IMG/VR virus record: IMGVR_UViG_3300020182_002648
Coordinates: 82,810 to 146,809 of that record
Strand: one strand, 5' to 3'
DNA from: a virus
DNA: 64,000 bases
Part shown: positions 9,185 to 19,025 of the stretch, one piece after another
Layout of the letters: every line of letters begins with the position of its first letter
Position numbering within the stretch: the first letter of the stretch is position 1
The notes under the pieces: model-generated
Told to the model about the DNA's origin: nothing
The model's input: only the letters and a program-made list of their open reading frames with translations
The model's database searches: none
Translations under genes and position numbers: made by a program

Positions 9185-9708
9185 AGTTCTTCAGTTAGAG
9201 TCTCGATCTTTTGTTCGATCTTCTCTATCTTAATATCTAGTATAGATACTTTGCTAGCCAATTTCAACCTTTTTTGTTGAACATCGATAGCATCCACATG
9301 AACATCAGTGATAGCTTCTATGTTATCAATTTTTGTTCCTAATTTATTCTTGTCAATTGCTTCTAGTTTAGCCAATTGCACTCTGAGAGACTTCTCTTTG
9401 GTTAACTGAGTCAACATCTCTCTGTTGGTACGTGAGCGCTCTCTCTGCAGATCGTCTCGATCTTCCTCTAGCTTGCTGATCTCATGAATCTTTTTAGTAT
9501 CATCCAGATCATCACTCAAATCATCCACCTTTCCTCTGTCCTTAGCGTTTACTTGTGCGTACAGTGCGTCAGTACTTGAGGAACTAGATCCTGTAGGTAT
9601 CATACTCTTAGCACGGTCAAATGCATTGTTCATTGAGGATGTACATCCAATGTTCAGTGACATTGCTGCAGCTAGAAGGGAGTATATATAGATCTTGGTC
9701 TTTCTCAT
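9181..9708 (-). CDS. putative lipoprotein, coiled-coil
   Basis: LLAAAMSLNIGC lipobox; promoter TTGCCG-N17-TATAAT at 9750..9778. Confidence 0.7.
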   Translation of the reverse strand: MRKTKIYIYSLLAAAMSLNIGCTSSMNNAFDRAKSMIPTGSSSSSTDALYAQVNAKDRGKVDDLSDDLDDTKKIHEISKLEEDRDDLQRERSRTNREMLTQLTKEKSLRVQLAKLEAIDKNKLGTKIDNIEAITDVHVDAIDVQQKRLKLASKVSILDIKIEKIEQKIETLTEEL

Positions 9709-9782
9709 GGTAGTAATAATATTGGTTTACGAATAATCTTGATTCGCTAATTATACTATGATCTATACTTAACGGCAACTTC

Positions 9783-10340
9783 TTATCGATACTTGCTCAT
9801 GTCGATACCCTGAGCGAGGGCTTTTGCTCGTGCAAAACCAGTCAACTTGTCCGGATCTGGTGCTACTCTGTCTGGTTCATCCTGGTGTTCCTCTGGATCT
9901 CCTTCGACTTCAGCCTTTTTGACCAGGTCCCCTACTTTAGCCTTGGCTTGTTTCTCGATGTTGCGGTATCTTTCTGCACTCATTGGTGGTTTGCCTGTGG
10001 TGAATGCACCAATTGCTTCAAAATATCGTTTGATATCATCTAAATTGTACTCATCTCCTGCCATTCTGCTCTCTAGTTGTGCTAGTTCTCTAATTGACAG
10101 GTCGGCTAGTTCTTTTTTGCTCATTGGTCTTCCAGCTTCATCAGCATCGTCCCATTGAACCAGCACTCGTTCAGCAGCTTGTTCCATTGCTTGGAGTTTT
10201 CTGTTCTTGGTGTCTCTGAATTCAGATTGTTCACCCTCCGGAAGGATGTTAACTTGACGCTTGATACCGGTCATTTTCTCATACGGGCTGCTGAAGTATG
10301 CTTCTTTTAAGATCTTGTCTACTGATTCATCGAAATTCAT
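9783..10340 (-). CDS. putative late/internal virion protein
   Basis: MNFDESVDKILKEAY N-terminus; AATAAATA 5 nt upstream (10346..10353). Confidence 0.5.
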   Translation of the reverse strand: MNFDESVDKILKEAYFSSPYEKMTGIKRQVNILPEGEQSEFRDTKNRKLQAMEQAAERVLVQWDDADEAGRPMSKKELADLSIRELAQLESRMAGDEYNLDDIKRYFEAIGAFTTGKPPMSAERYRNIEKQAKAKVGDLVKKAEVEGDPEEHQDEPDRVAPDPDKLTGFARAKALAQGIDMSKYR

Positions 10341-10354
10341 ATAGTTATTTATTA

Positions 10355-11059
10355 TCAGAACGCTGTATGCCTAGGTTTTTCTTCAGTATAATTACCGTAC
10401 GGGTGAAGCAACCGGTTCATTTTGAACTTATCCCTGGGGTAGTAATTCCACTTATCGTCCAATATGAACCAATGATCACGTAATATTATGTTCAGAAAAG
10501 GTTCATCCTTTTTATAGTGCTCATGGTGACTGTATTGCCTTATCAACCTCATGTAATCATCAGTTGTGTTGATATCGAGCCACGTATTAATATCAAAAAC
10601 CATCATACCAGCATTAAAAAACTTCCTGGACTCATCCCCATTAGCGTATAACTCTGTTAGATTGTAGTATTTCAATGATTCATGTACGGTTTTTAGTATA
10701 TAATGAGGCACAGCTCCTATAGGTTGTTGGTTAAGATCATGTCTCCATAGATCATATATACATCCAGTAGCAAACACATCACTATCTAGAAAGATCGCCC
10801 GGGTGATTGATTCATCTAACTTGCGGAGTATCTCTGGGATATACACCCGCTGGTGCATCAATGGTAGTTTGCTGATTTCATCTGATGGTTTAACGTACGT
10901 TATGTTATCATGAGAGATCATATCATCACTGGTTATTATATAGTAGTTGATATCACTCTTATCTTTCCTGTAGAACATGTTGATATAGTTGATTGATTTT
11001 AATGTGAGCTTATGGTATGTTGAACCGCTCACTAGATAGCAGATATTAACACTCATCAT
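10355..11059 (-). CDS. glycosyltransferase family 8
   Basis: IFLDSD, FFNAGMMV, DEPFLN, KWNY, KP motifs. Confidence 0.85.
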   Translation of the reverse strand: MMSVNICYLVSGSTYHKLTLKSINYINMFYRKDKSDINYYIITSDDMISHDNITYVKPSDEISKLPLMHQRVYIPEILRKLDESITRAIFLDSDVFATGCIYDLWRHDLNQQPIGAVPHYILKTVHESLKYYNLTELYANGDESRKFFNAGMMVFDINTWLDINTTDDYMRLIRQYSHHEHYKKDEPFLNIILRDHWFILDDKWNYYPRDKFKMNRLLHPYGNYTEEKPRHTAF

Positions 11060-11763
11060 ATCTTCAACTTAAATCTATAAGTATCGTCTTCAATCCATGA
11101 GCCTATATTCCAATGCATGCCAGCACCAGTGAGGGGTATGTTCATGTTTGATTCTTGTATTTTATATCTCTCTGTTTTTGAGAGAGACTCAAAACTTTGA
11201 TAGTCATGAGTAGTAGTGTTACAAATTGAACTGAACTTGTTATGACATACAGTCATATACCCACCGGCGGTGGTCATCATCACTTGATGATGTTTATCTG
11301 CCTCAGAGTCTCTACTATCAAGAGCGAATTGCAATCCTCTTATACAATAATTCATGAACTTGCTTCCTGGTACTGAGTAGAATATACTGTTAGTCAATAA
11401 TGGTTTATCATGAGGCCATCCTCCTAGACCATGCCCCGGGTGCTCTTCAAACAACACAACCTCGTCAGTAAGTAGGTGGCTAACATCTTTAAAACATTCG
11501 ATGTCTAAGTCACAATACAATCCACCATACTCATATAATATTAAGTATCTGCTCATGTCACTCCTAGATATATTACACTCATAACGCAAGTACAACCCCA
11601 TCAACTCCGGAAACTTCTCTTCTATCAATTTCTCTATAGATTCATCAGTCCAGAACACGTGGTTCCAATCACGGTGGTGCTCAATCCATGTTGCTCTCCA
11701 ATCAGCAAGCTTTGGTGGTATGTTATCATCTGACCACATCTGATGAATTGTCTTACAGGTCAT
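11056..11763 (-). CDS. glycosyltransferase family 32 (OCH1-like)
   Basis: KTIHQMW, RSDMSRYLILYEYGGLYCDLD. Confidence 0.9.
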   Translation of the reverse strand: MTCKTIHQMWSDDNIPPKLADWRATWIEHHRDWNHVFWTDESIEKLIEEKFPELMGLYLRYECNISRSDMSRYLILYEYGGLYCDLDIECFKDVSHLLTDEVVLFEEHPGHGLGGWPHDKPLLTNSIFYSVPGSKFMNYCIRGLQFALDSRDSEADKHHQVMMTTAGGYMTVCHNKFSSICNTTTHDYQSFESLSKTERYKIQESNMNIPLTGAGMHWNIGSWIEDDTYRFKLKI

Positions 11764-12274
11764 AAATATCCACCCGGTCCTTTCCATAGAATTTATTGAA
11801 ACCATGCTTCTCTAAAATACATTGATACACTGGATTGTCATCATTATACGGAAAGCAGAAACTGGTCGGTATCAGGTTGTGATCTCTAAAACGTCTCATC
11901 ATTAATTTTGTATCATTTACAGTATTAAACCCGGCATGCTTGATATGCATGTGACTGTGACCACCTATATAACACCTCGGAGTACTGGCTATCTCTTGTA
12001 TTTGTCTCCAGTTCATGTAGTGTGATAGGTCACCGGTTTCGAACAGCTTGTCATGTGCTTTGTGGCATTGTATAAATTCATCTGATTGTGATTGATCATC
12101 CGGAGCTACTATACCTGTACTGATGAAGAATATTTTATCGGTATCAATGCTATTAATCTTATCAAGATGTAAGTACTGTGTATATAGCCCATCATCGAAC
12201 GTCAATATATACTCATCTAGAGGAAGATCAAACATCCACTCCGCGACTTCATGTATCATCAATACAGGTTTCAT
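11753..12274 (-). CDS. polysaccharide deacetylase (NodB/CE4)
   Basis: LTFDDG, GGHSHMH, FCFPY. Confidence 0.85.
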   Translation of the reverse strand: MKPVLMIHEVAEWMFDLPLDEYILTFDDGLYTQYLHLDKINSIDTDKIFFISTGIVAPDDQSQSDEFIQCHKAHDKLFETGDLSHYMNWRQIQEIASTPRCYIGGHSHMHIKHAGFNTVNDTKLMMRRFRDHNLIPTSFCFPYNDDNPVYQCILEKHGFNKFYGKDRVDIYDL

Positions 12275-12918
12275 CTCTTGAACACTAACTTAAATCCCTC
12301 AGCGAGTTCGTACCCACACAAGCTTCCATGATACTGATCTCGAGCGGTTATCATCCGCAAGCTTACTGGATCAGGTGAGGGTCTGAGTTCCGTTGTATAT
12401 CTGCTTATCATCTTCATCTTGATGTTAGCATGCTGAGTTATATCCTCATATACATTGAGCTGTTTAGGCTCATGTCCCCATTCAGTGCTGCCAGGTATCG
12501 TGAACTCATATAATTCATTGACAGGACTAGACTCTCTCATCCGACAAGCGACTCGCGTTGCACTAGATATTATCTGATGATCCTTATGCACGTCACCATT
12601 GTAGTGTGTGTACACAACCGTCGGTTTAATTGACTGTATGTATTGATACATGATATTACACAACTCTGTTTGAGGTGTTTGATCTAGCCTGGTGTCTGAA
12701 TATCCATGAAATGATGTATCTATGATACCAACATCCTTGCAGTTAGCAAGGCATGCCTTCTTCCGAGGAGATCCAACCTTCTCATGACCCGGTCTATCCC
12801 CCTTGCAGAACACCATCAAGTGTACATCATTTTGCTCACATAACTTTGCAGTAGTACCGCCCATGCCTAACTCAAAATCATCTAAATGTGCTGTCAGTAA
12901 CAGTATTTTCTTTTTCAT
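12271..12918 (-). CDS. PIG-L/LmbE family N-acetylsugar deacetylase
   Basis: AHLDDFELGMGGT, DVHKDH, AEGF. Confidence 0.9.
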   Translation of the reverse strand: MKKKILLLTAHLDDFELGMGGTTAKLCEQNDVHLMVFCKGDRPGHEKVGSPRKKACLANCKDVGIIDTSFHGYSDTRLDQTPQTELCNIMYQYIQSIKPTVVYTHYNGDVHKDHQIISSATRVACRMRESSPVNELYEFTIPGSTEWGHEPKQLNVYEDITQHANIKMKMISRYTTELRPSPDPVSLRMITARDQYHGSLCGYELAEGFKLVFKR

Positions 12919-13835
12919 ATCATGCTCTTGATTATTGAGCGAACATCATGGATTGGTGTGAAGTATTGATTGATCTTATCAGTGTTCGGTTTGCGTTTGT
13001 ATATTTCACCGAACTGATCACTGAAGTCATCTGCATGCGGTCTGTATATAATTTTACTCTTGCTGCCTATGACATCTATCACAGTTTCTGCTAGTTGTGA
13101 TATGGTTAGTACATTACTTGTGTTACCAATATTGTATATTTCCCCTGCATGCTGATCCATTGACACAATGTCAAGCATACTAACAGCATCTCTGATGTCA
13201 CAGAAAGTCCGGTATTGTGTACCATCACCATAAACAATTATATCTTCATCTTGTTTGGCTAGCTCCACGAACGTTGGTAACACCATACCGTATTTACTCA
13301 GCTGCCCCTCGCCTGTGACGTTGAAGAACCTTGCGATAGTGTGAGGGAATGAGTATGTTTTGAGTAGAAATTCTGACATGAGTTTAGCACAAGCATATCC
13401 CCAACGTAGGGTGTCAGGTGAGCCAATCTTCAGCGTGTCTGTCTCTCTAGCCTCTTCTGTATTACCATAAACCTCACTTGTGCTAGCAAATACGACACGA
13501 TTGTTATACTTCTCGAATAGCGGAAACATGTTGTTGTTTATGTTGAATGAATTGCGTAATGTACCTTGAGGGTCTCTGTCTACATACTTGACACCAACTG
13601 AACCAGCCATGTGATAAACCAGATCAGCATCAGCGAGCTCTTTCTCGATCGTCAAGATGTCGTGCTGTGTACTTAGATCAACTGATAAGACAGTCCGGTT
13701 GGGGCCTTTGATAAACACTTGACCGGTACTAAAATTATCGATAATAGTTACATGATCTTGTTGCTCTACATAAAACTCAGCCAGATGAGAGCCTATGAAA
13801 CCTCCACCACCGGTGATTATTATTTTTTTATCCAT
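12915..13835 (-). CDS. NAD-dependent nucleotide-sugar epimerase/dehydratase
   Basis: TGGGGFIGSH, STSEVYG, YACAK, RFFNV. Confidence 0.9.
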   Translation of the reverse strand: MDKKIIITGGGGFIGSHLAEFYVEQQDHVTIIDNFSTGQVFIKGPNRTVLSVDLSTQHDILTIEKELADADLVYHMAGSVGVKYVDRDPQGTLRNSFNINNNMFPLFEKYNNRVVFASTSEVYGNTEEARETDTLKIGSPDTLRWGYACAKLMSEFLLKTYSFPHTIARFFNVTGEGQLSKYGMVLPTFVELAKQDEDIIVYGDGTQYRTFCDIRDAVSMLDIVSMDQHAGEIYNIGNTSNVLTISQLAETVIDVIGSKSKIIYRPHADDFSDQFGEIYKRKPNTDKINQYFTPIHDVRSIIKSMI

Positions 13836-14419
13836 TGTTTTATTTCTTGTATACTTTTCTTGTTGGTTACATCATACTCATGTGTAATGTTCGTGCTTGC
13901 TAATATCGGTTTAGTTTGATCGACAAACTCCTTCAATGTTATATATTCAATAACATTGTTCATGTCATCTGCCGGGATGATATTCTCTCGTATTTGTCTC
14001 ATTAGGCCTTTCTTTCTGCATTTACTATACACACGTGGTATACGCAGTATGATATAATTATTATATACACTCTTGATATAGTTTTCCATCAAAAGTTTAC
14101 AGTGACAATATATGTTATCAGGTTGTAATGCTCCAGCAGTACTAGCAAAGATAAATTTAGCATCATGCTTTTTTGTTAGCTCTATCATATTAATAGTACC
14201 GTTTACAATAACATCAACGACACGTGCAGCGTCCTTGAAATCATACACGTCTGACGGACCCGCGAAATGGTACATATTGTCAAAATTGCTTACATTGTCA
14301 CTAATGTTTAGTATGTCACCATAGTCCACGTTACTACCAATTACATGCTGCTTCAGAGCACCAGCGAGATACCCTCTCTGACCACCAGTGAATAGGTTAA
14401 CTGGTGGAATCCCACTCAC
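13820..14419 (-). CDS. short SDR epimerase/reductase
   Basis: TGGQRGYLA, FAST, YCHCK. Confidence 0.7.
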   Translation of the reverse strand: MSGIPPVNLFTGGQRGYLAGALKQHVIGSNVDYGDILNISDNVSNFDNMYHFAGPSDVYDFKDAARVVDVIVNGTINMIELTKKHDAKFIFASTAGALQPDNIYCHCKLLMENYIKSVYNNYIILRIPRVYSKCRKKGLMRQIRENIIPADDMNNVIEYITLKEFVDQTKPILASTNITHEYDVTNKKSIQEIKQWIKK

Positions 14420-14885
14420 AGTTGTCCCATCCTAACCTTATGAAATTGGTGTGATTGTTTCTTAGACAGGATGTCAGAGTCTTAACAAATCCAGATCGAT
14501 TTACCGGTTCATGACATTCAACACCCAATGCTTCCATTAATTTATAATCATCATCTGGTATATGACCGATACCACATCTATCATAACAGCCATTATGACC
14601 AGCGTTGATCAGAGTGACATTATTACCATAATTCACTACGCTAAACTTTAACTGTTCATACGCTCGTTGATACACGAACCCAGCCACACCATACACTATG
14701 ACTCTCTTACCAGATCTCGCCAATCCTCCTGCAACGTTCATCATATTTGTCTCTTGAATACCAAAATTTAAACATCTCTCCGGGAACTTTTTCTGAAACT
14801 TCTTAAATCCCCACATGTCAGCATGCATGAAGATAGTGTCCTGGTTGTTATATTTACTTAAAAATGTATCAAGTGTCGCTCTCAT
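14397..14885 (-). CDS. transketolase pyrimidine-binding subunit (no C-terminal domain)
   Basis: FPERCLNFGIQETNM, RAYEQ, GIGH. Confidence 0.85.
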   Translation of the reverse strand: MRATLDTFLSKYNNQDTIFMHADMWGFKKFQKKFPERCLNFGIQETNMMNVAGGLARSGKRVIVYGVAGFVYQRAYEQLKFSVVNYGNNVTLINAGHNGCYDRCGIGHIPDDDYKLMEALGVECHEPVNRSGFVKTLTSCLRNNHTNFIRLGWDNCEWDSTS

Positions 14886-15759
14886 TATAATTTTTCAGAT
14901 ATAGATTGAGTTCATGATTGTAGTCCTCAAATGTCATCTCTCTACCGGTTATTTTAAAATTAGATATACCTCTAGTCATTAATTGTTTGATCTGATTGGC
15001 CTTGAGGTCCATTCCATAACTATCTCCATACTTATTGATAGTAGGCCCGTGACCCTCATCCGGTTCGAAGCCAGAAGATTTGAGGTAATCAGATCTCTCA
15101 GATAACCAACATTCCTCTATTCTATACATCTCTTTCTCTCCCGCTTCTTCCCATGGCTTCTTATATGTTCTATTTTGTTTGGCTATCTCTTCAAAATGCT
15201 CACCATAGTAAGGACAGTTATAAAGACATGTGTCGTTCAACATTATCTCGTATTTGGATTGTGTTAATTTATCGAACTGGCTATCGAACACATGCTCACA
15301 TCTAGGTACTATATAATCGTATATTTCCTCTAGTCGAGTGTATAGTGAGATATCCTCCTCACTCATCGGGACTGTTATCTTCCCAAACCCAGTGATGGAC
15401 CGTGTATGCTTATACAATGGATATTTGTCCTTAACATAACTTACCAGATCTTCATTGACTGATATAATCACGTTACCCGCCCGGTGAAACTTCTCTAATA
15501 ACTCATTACCAATCTGGTCAGTCAGATCAACAACAGGGTTTGTGAACGTCAACGCTATAGTGATTTCATTCCGATAATAGAAGTCAATTGTGTCATCATC
15601 ATGAAACACATCGCGATTTATTCTACCACCATTCCATGGACAGTTATTAATACCATCATATACGGTAATATCTATATCCTTGAGCGTCGACTTGTTACGA
15701 AATATATACATCTTCAACTCAGTACTCTTACTGAACGCACCAGCTACATTAAACCTCAC
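14869..15759 (-). CDS. U32 peptidase-like Fe-S protein
   Basis: MLNDTCLYNCPY...EEC...FKITGRE pattern. Confidence 0.6.
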   Translation of the reverse strand: MRFNVAGAFSKSTELKMYIFRNKSTLKDIDITVYDGINNCPWNGGRINRDVFHDDDTIDFYYRNEITIALTFTNPVVDLTDQIGNELLEKFHRAGNVIISVNEDLVSYVKDKYPLYKHTRSITGFGKITVPMSEEDISLYTRLEEIYDYIVPRCEHVFDSQFDKLTQSKYEIMLNDTCLYNCPYYGEHFEEIAKQNRTYKKPWEEAGEKEMYRIEECWLSERSDYLKSSGFEPDEGHGPTINKYGDSYGMDLKANQIKQLMTRGISNFKITGREMTFEDYNHELNLYLKNYNESDT

Positions 15760-16543
15760 AATACATCTCCTCCATCGGTTTATAATGCCACTTGACTGGG
15801 TCCTTCTCCATATAAGGCACTCCGTGACCTTTTGTGGTCTTAAAAAAGAATATACGTGGACGGGGTTGATTACGTGAGAGTGGTGAATTGACTGAATGAT
15901 TCCAGTTATCTTTAATTTTATCTACGTCATGTCCCTCAACGTCATATGTAAGCCAGTCGTAACCTCTACACATGTCAATAATCGGATCGACAGTAAGTAC
16001 GTTATCAGTGAATCCGGTCACTTGCATATTATTATAATCTACAGTTACTAATACATTATAGATCCTATGGTGACCTATATATTGTAATGCTTCTAATGTA
16101 CTACCCATTTGTAGAGTTGCATCAGTTATATTGACCCATACTAGTTGTTGAGGATTCGCGAGAGCTATACCGGTTGCTACTCCTAAAGCATTTCCCATGG
16201 TCTCCTCACCGTAATCTACAAACTTGATCTCATCATGCTTCACACCAACAGACAGGTCTTCAATTTCCGTTAGATAGCCGAGATCTTTCCATAGAATATA
16301 GTAGGCTTGAGACCCAAATGGTTTACCTAAGACAATCCTATCACGGTATGGCTTGATATATTCATTTGTAAACAACACATCGATATATGTCAGCATTGAG
16401 AGAGCAGACGGTACGTGTGTTAGCTGGTGATCAAATGAATATTGAAGAATTCTATTACTGATAGAGCGCACTAATGTATTATAGTATATTTCTAATGTAA
16501 ATGCAACTACGGTCTTACTTTTTCTTGGGTATATAAAACTCAC
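15749..16543 (-). CDS. transketolase ThDP-binding N-terminal subunit (divergent)
   Basis: HVPSALS, MGNALGVATGIAL, DYNNMQ, VEGHD, TTKGHGVPYME..WH; start uncertain. Confidence 0.85.
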   Translation of the reverse strand: MSFIYPRKSKTVVAFTLEIYYNTLVRSISNRILQYSFDHQLTHVPSALSMLTYIDVLFTNEYIKPYRDRIVLGKPFGSQAYYILWKDLGYLTEIEDLSVGVKHDEIKFVDYGEETMGNALGVATGIALANPQQLVWVNITDATLQMGSTLEALQYIGHHRIYNVLVTVDYNNMQVTGFTDNVLTVDPIIDMCRGYDWLTYDVEGHDVDKIKDNWNHSVNSPLSRNQPRPRIFFFKTTKGHGVPYMEKDPVKWHYKPMEEMYCEV

Positions 16544-17462
16544 CTTTACAACAACTCCACTTACATTTGGTGTAGTTGTTGGCTCTGATCTTGAATAATG
16601 TCTTATTGTCCAGTATATTTCCGATAGGCTTCTCTAAAGTATTTGCACAACACATAAAATAATCTCCATTTCCGTTTATTATAATATACTCCTTACCGAC
16701 AGAGCAAGTCCATCCCTCGAATGAAATGCCCTCTCTGTACAGATCATTTGTATCATGAGTTTTAATTGTACCGTCTTGGTATGTTACTTCGTACTCTTCA
16801 TGGAACATGGCATGCTCATTAACAAAATCGCTATACATGTCAGTGGTGCTTCGATAGTCAATGTAGCTATGAATAAATTCTATCTTGTTCTTGTATGGTC
16901 GCGTCAACATCTGCTTACTGTTGTCTATGATGTCATTCTTACTCTCTTCATCATGCTCCAACATCACATCTACCTTGCCTAACATCCCTGCATTATCAAT
17001 CATATCAATTTTATCTATAAACTTCTTAAAGTCCTTGGTGTATTTATGATGATATGATACGTTTATATCTAACTTGTTGTCTTTATGATCGTCAATCAAT
17101 TCCTGTATATATCCATGGCCTACTGACAGGTTTGTTTGTAATTCAACAATAACAGATTTGTTCATGTTGAATATAAATTTGATCACATCTCTGCATTTAG
17201 GGTGTGTTGTAGGTTCTCCGCCATGGAAGTATATCCGGAAGTTTGTGTGATCTATGCAGTCAATCGCCGAGGTGATTGTATTTTCAATATCATCTATATT
17301 GTAGTGATGACCGTATTTCCAGTGACAATACTCGCAGTCATAATTACAGTAATCTGTTATACGTAATTGGAATTCATAGTAAGGTTCATCAAACTTATGT
17401 ACTCCTTGTTGAGTATTACCTCCTCGGTCGGCTTTTATATTATAATCTTTTGGTATAATCAT
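16515..17462 (-). CDS. radical SAM protein with twitch/SPASM domain
   Basis: CNYDCEYC, GGEPT, QTN, GWTC..C..CKWSCC. Confidence 0.9.
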   Translation of the reverse strand: MIIPKDYNIKADRGGNTQQGVHKFDEPYYEFQLRITDYCNYDCEYCHWKYGHHYNIDDIENTITSAIDCIDHTNFRIYFHGGEPTTHPKCRDVIKFIFNMNKSVIVELQTNLSVGHGYIQELIDDHKDNKLDINVSYHHKYTKDFKKFIDKIDMIDNAGMLGKVDVMLEHDEESKNDIIDNSKQMLTRPYKNKIEFIHSYIDYRSTTDMYSDFVNEHAMFHEEYEVTYQDGTIKTHDTNDLYREGISFEGWTCSVGKEYIIINGNGDYFMCCANTLEKPIGNILDNKTLFKIRANNYTKCKWSCCKGEFYIPKKK

Positions 17463-17472
17463 AACAATCCTC

Positions 17473-18219
17473 TCACATTAAAAAGCATTTATCGTGATTA
17501 CATATACCGGTATGGTTCTTCCGGTGACAACAGTTATATAGACTTAAATCAGGAGCGTACAGGAAGTACACGCCAGTATACAAGCAAGGCTTGCCTCTAG
17601 GAGAATGACCCTCCCATAGTTTAGATCGATCTGTTCCTAGTCTTTCAACTTCCTCAAAATTAATTACCTTTTGCCAAGCCGGAGATCGTTTCAATCGATT
17701 ATAATCCTTCAATGACTCACCAGACACACCATCACCAAAGTCTGCCACCGGTGTCAAGTATGTATTTTTAACATGTTCTTTAACTTTCATATAATACTCA
17801 ATCGCACCTCTGTTGGTGTACATGACGTCGACTATTCGTATGTCAAGATTTGTTGGTATGTTTATATCATCTAGAGCTATTTGCGTGGGATGTATTGATA
17901 CTTGTAATGTTACTGGTTCAGTTATCTTACTCAGAACCCTTTGGCTCTTGTTCGATAAATTTGTTTGTATGACGAATGGTATTTTATGTTTATTGAATGT
18001 ACGTATTATATACTCTATGTGCTGGTGTAGGAACGGCTCTCCACCGAATACAAATATTTCTACTCCTGGGTATGTCTCACCTAACATTATTATAAATTCC
18101 TCTAACCGTGTCTTATCTAGCACCGGTTTTATTGATGGATCGAGATTTGTACAGTACGTACAACTATAATTGCACAACATAGTGACCTCCCATTCCACCA
18201 TTGTTGGAATTTTATTCAT
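17473..18219 (-). CDS. radical SAM protein with twitch/SPASM domain
   Basis: CNYSCTYC, GGEP, QTN, Cys-rich C-terminus. Confidence 0.9.
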   Translation of the reverse strand: MNKIPTMVEWEVTMLCNYSCTYCTNLDPSIKPVLDKTRLEEFIIMLGETYPGVEIFVFGGEPFLHQHIEYIIRTFNKHKIPFVIQTNLSNKSQRVLSKITEPVTLQVSIHPTQIALDDINIPTNLDIRIVDVMYTNRGAIEYYMKVKEHVKNTYLTPVADFGDGVSGESLKDYNRLKRSPAWQKVINFEEVERLGTDRSKLWEGHSPRGKPCLYTGVYFLYAPDLSLYNCCHRKNHTGICNHDKCFLM

Positions 18220-18227
18220 TACACTTA

Positions 18228-19016
18228 TTATAATATAATTTCGCGACGTTTTCCACTCAACATTATATTAAACTTTCTCACGTCAATGTCATATATTCTA
18301 TCATATGATTCCTTGGGAACATCTGTACCACCGTCTATCCATATGGAATTATCTATCCGAGGTGATAGTTGATACCGGGAGAGTTTTGGGTACTTGATTT
18401 GCGTCCTATCATCACTTATAAAAAAATCATCAGTATCAATATCAGTAAAGCTAACGCACGGTTTATACTGTTCTGAAGTAAATTCGAATGACTCTTTCAT
18501 GTTGTTACGAATAAGTTCAGGGTTACTGGAAACCAATTCCGGTTCCGATAACTCAATATACTCTTTATATAATGTTTTCTGTAACTCAATATCAGTACTA
18601 TCCAATAGATTATCCAATTGAAAATCAATAACTTGTCTCATCACAGATTTGAGTAGTTTGGTTGCTAGCGGTACCCCACCAATCACTGATACTAAGTCTT
18701 CCTCACGCATAACACGCCAACCAGTGGTCAACAATTCGATCCCTATATAGTTTGTAGTGTCAAACACGACCTCTGGTAATATATCATGTTTATTAGACTT
18801 TAAAATGCCTGGCATCCAGTTGATCATATCATACTTTGGCCAGATTACATTCTTATTATATATTTTTAAGAAATTTTCCGTCACTGTATCAAAATAACAT
18901 TCAAATAGAATACCGCTTTCCGGTAACGGGTTGCCTTTTGGTAAGGTTTCACGTGGTACTGATTTTATTCTATTGGCTGTAAGCTCTTCATTCAGCTGTA
19001 TTATATCGATATTCAT
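18228..19016 (-). CDS. hypothetical protein (weak kinase-like hint)
   Basis: LKIY and FTDIDTDDF; AATAAATA 6 nt upstream (19023..19030). Confidence 0.5.
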   Translation of the reverse strand: MNIDIIQLNEELTANRIKSVPRETLPKGNPLPESGILFECYFDTVTENFLKIYNKNVIWPKYDMINWMPGILKSNKHDILPEVVFDTTNYIGIELLTTGWRVMREEDLVSVIGGVPLATKLLKSVMRQVIDFQLDNLLDSTDIELQKTLYKEYIELSEPELVSSNPELIRNNMKESFEFTSEQYKPCVSFTDIDTDDFFISDDRTQIKYPKLSRYQLSPRIDNSIWIDGGTDVPKESYDRIYDIDVRKFNIMLSGKRREIIL

Positions 19017-19025
19017 ATATATTAT

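Noticed and set aside
12915-13835. UDP-apiose synthase with apiose-pathway transketolase
   Set aside because: RWGYACAK is suggestive but shared by a wider SDR group; the specific assignment cannot be supported without an alignment
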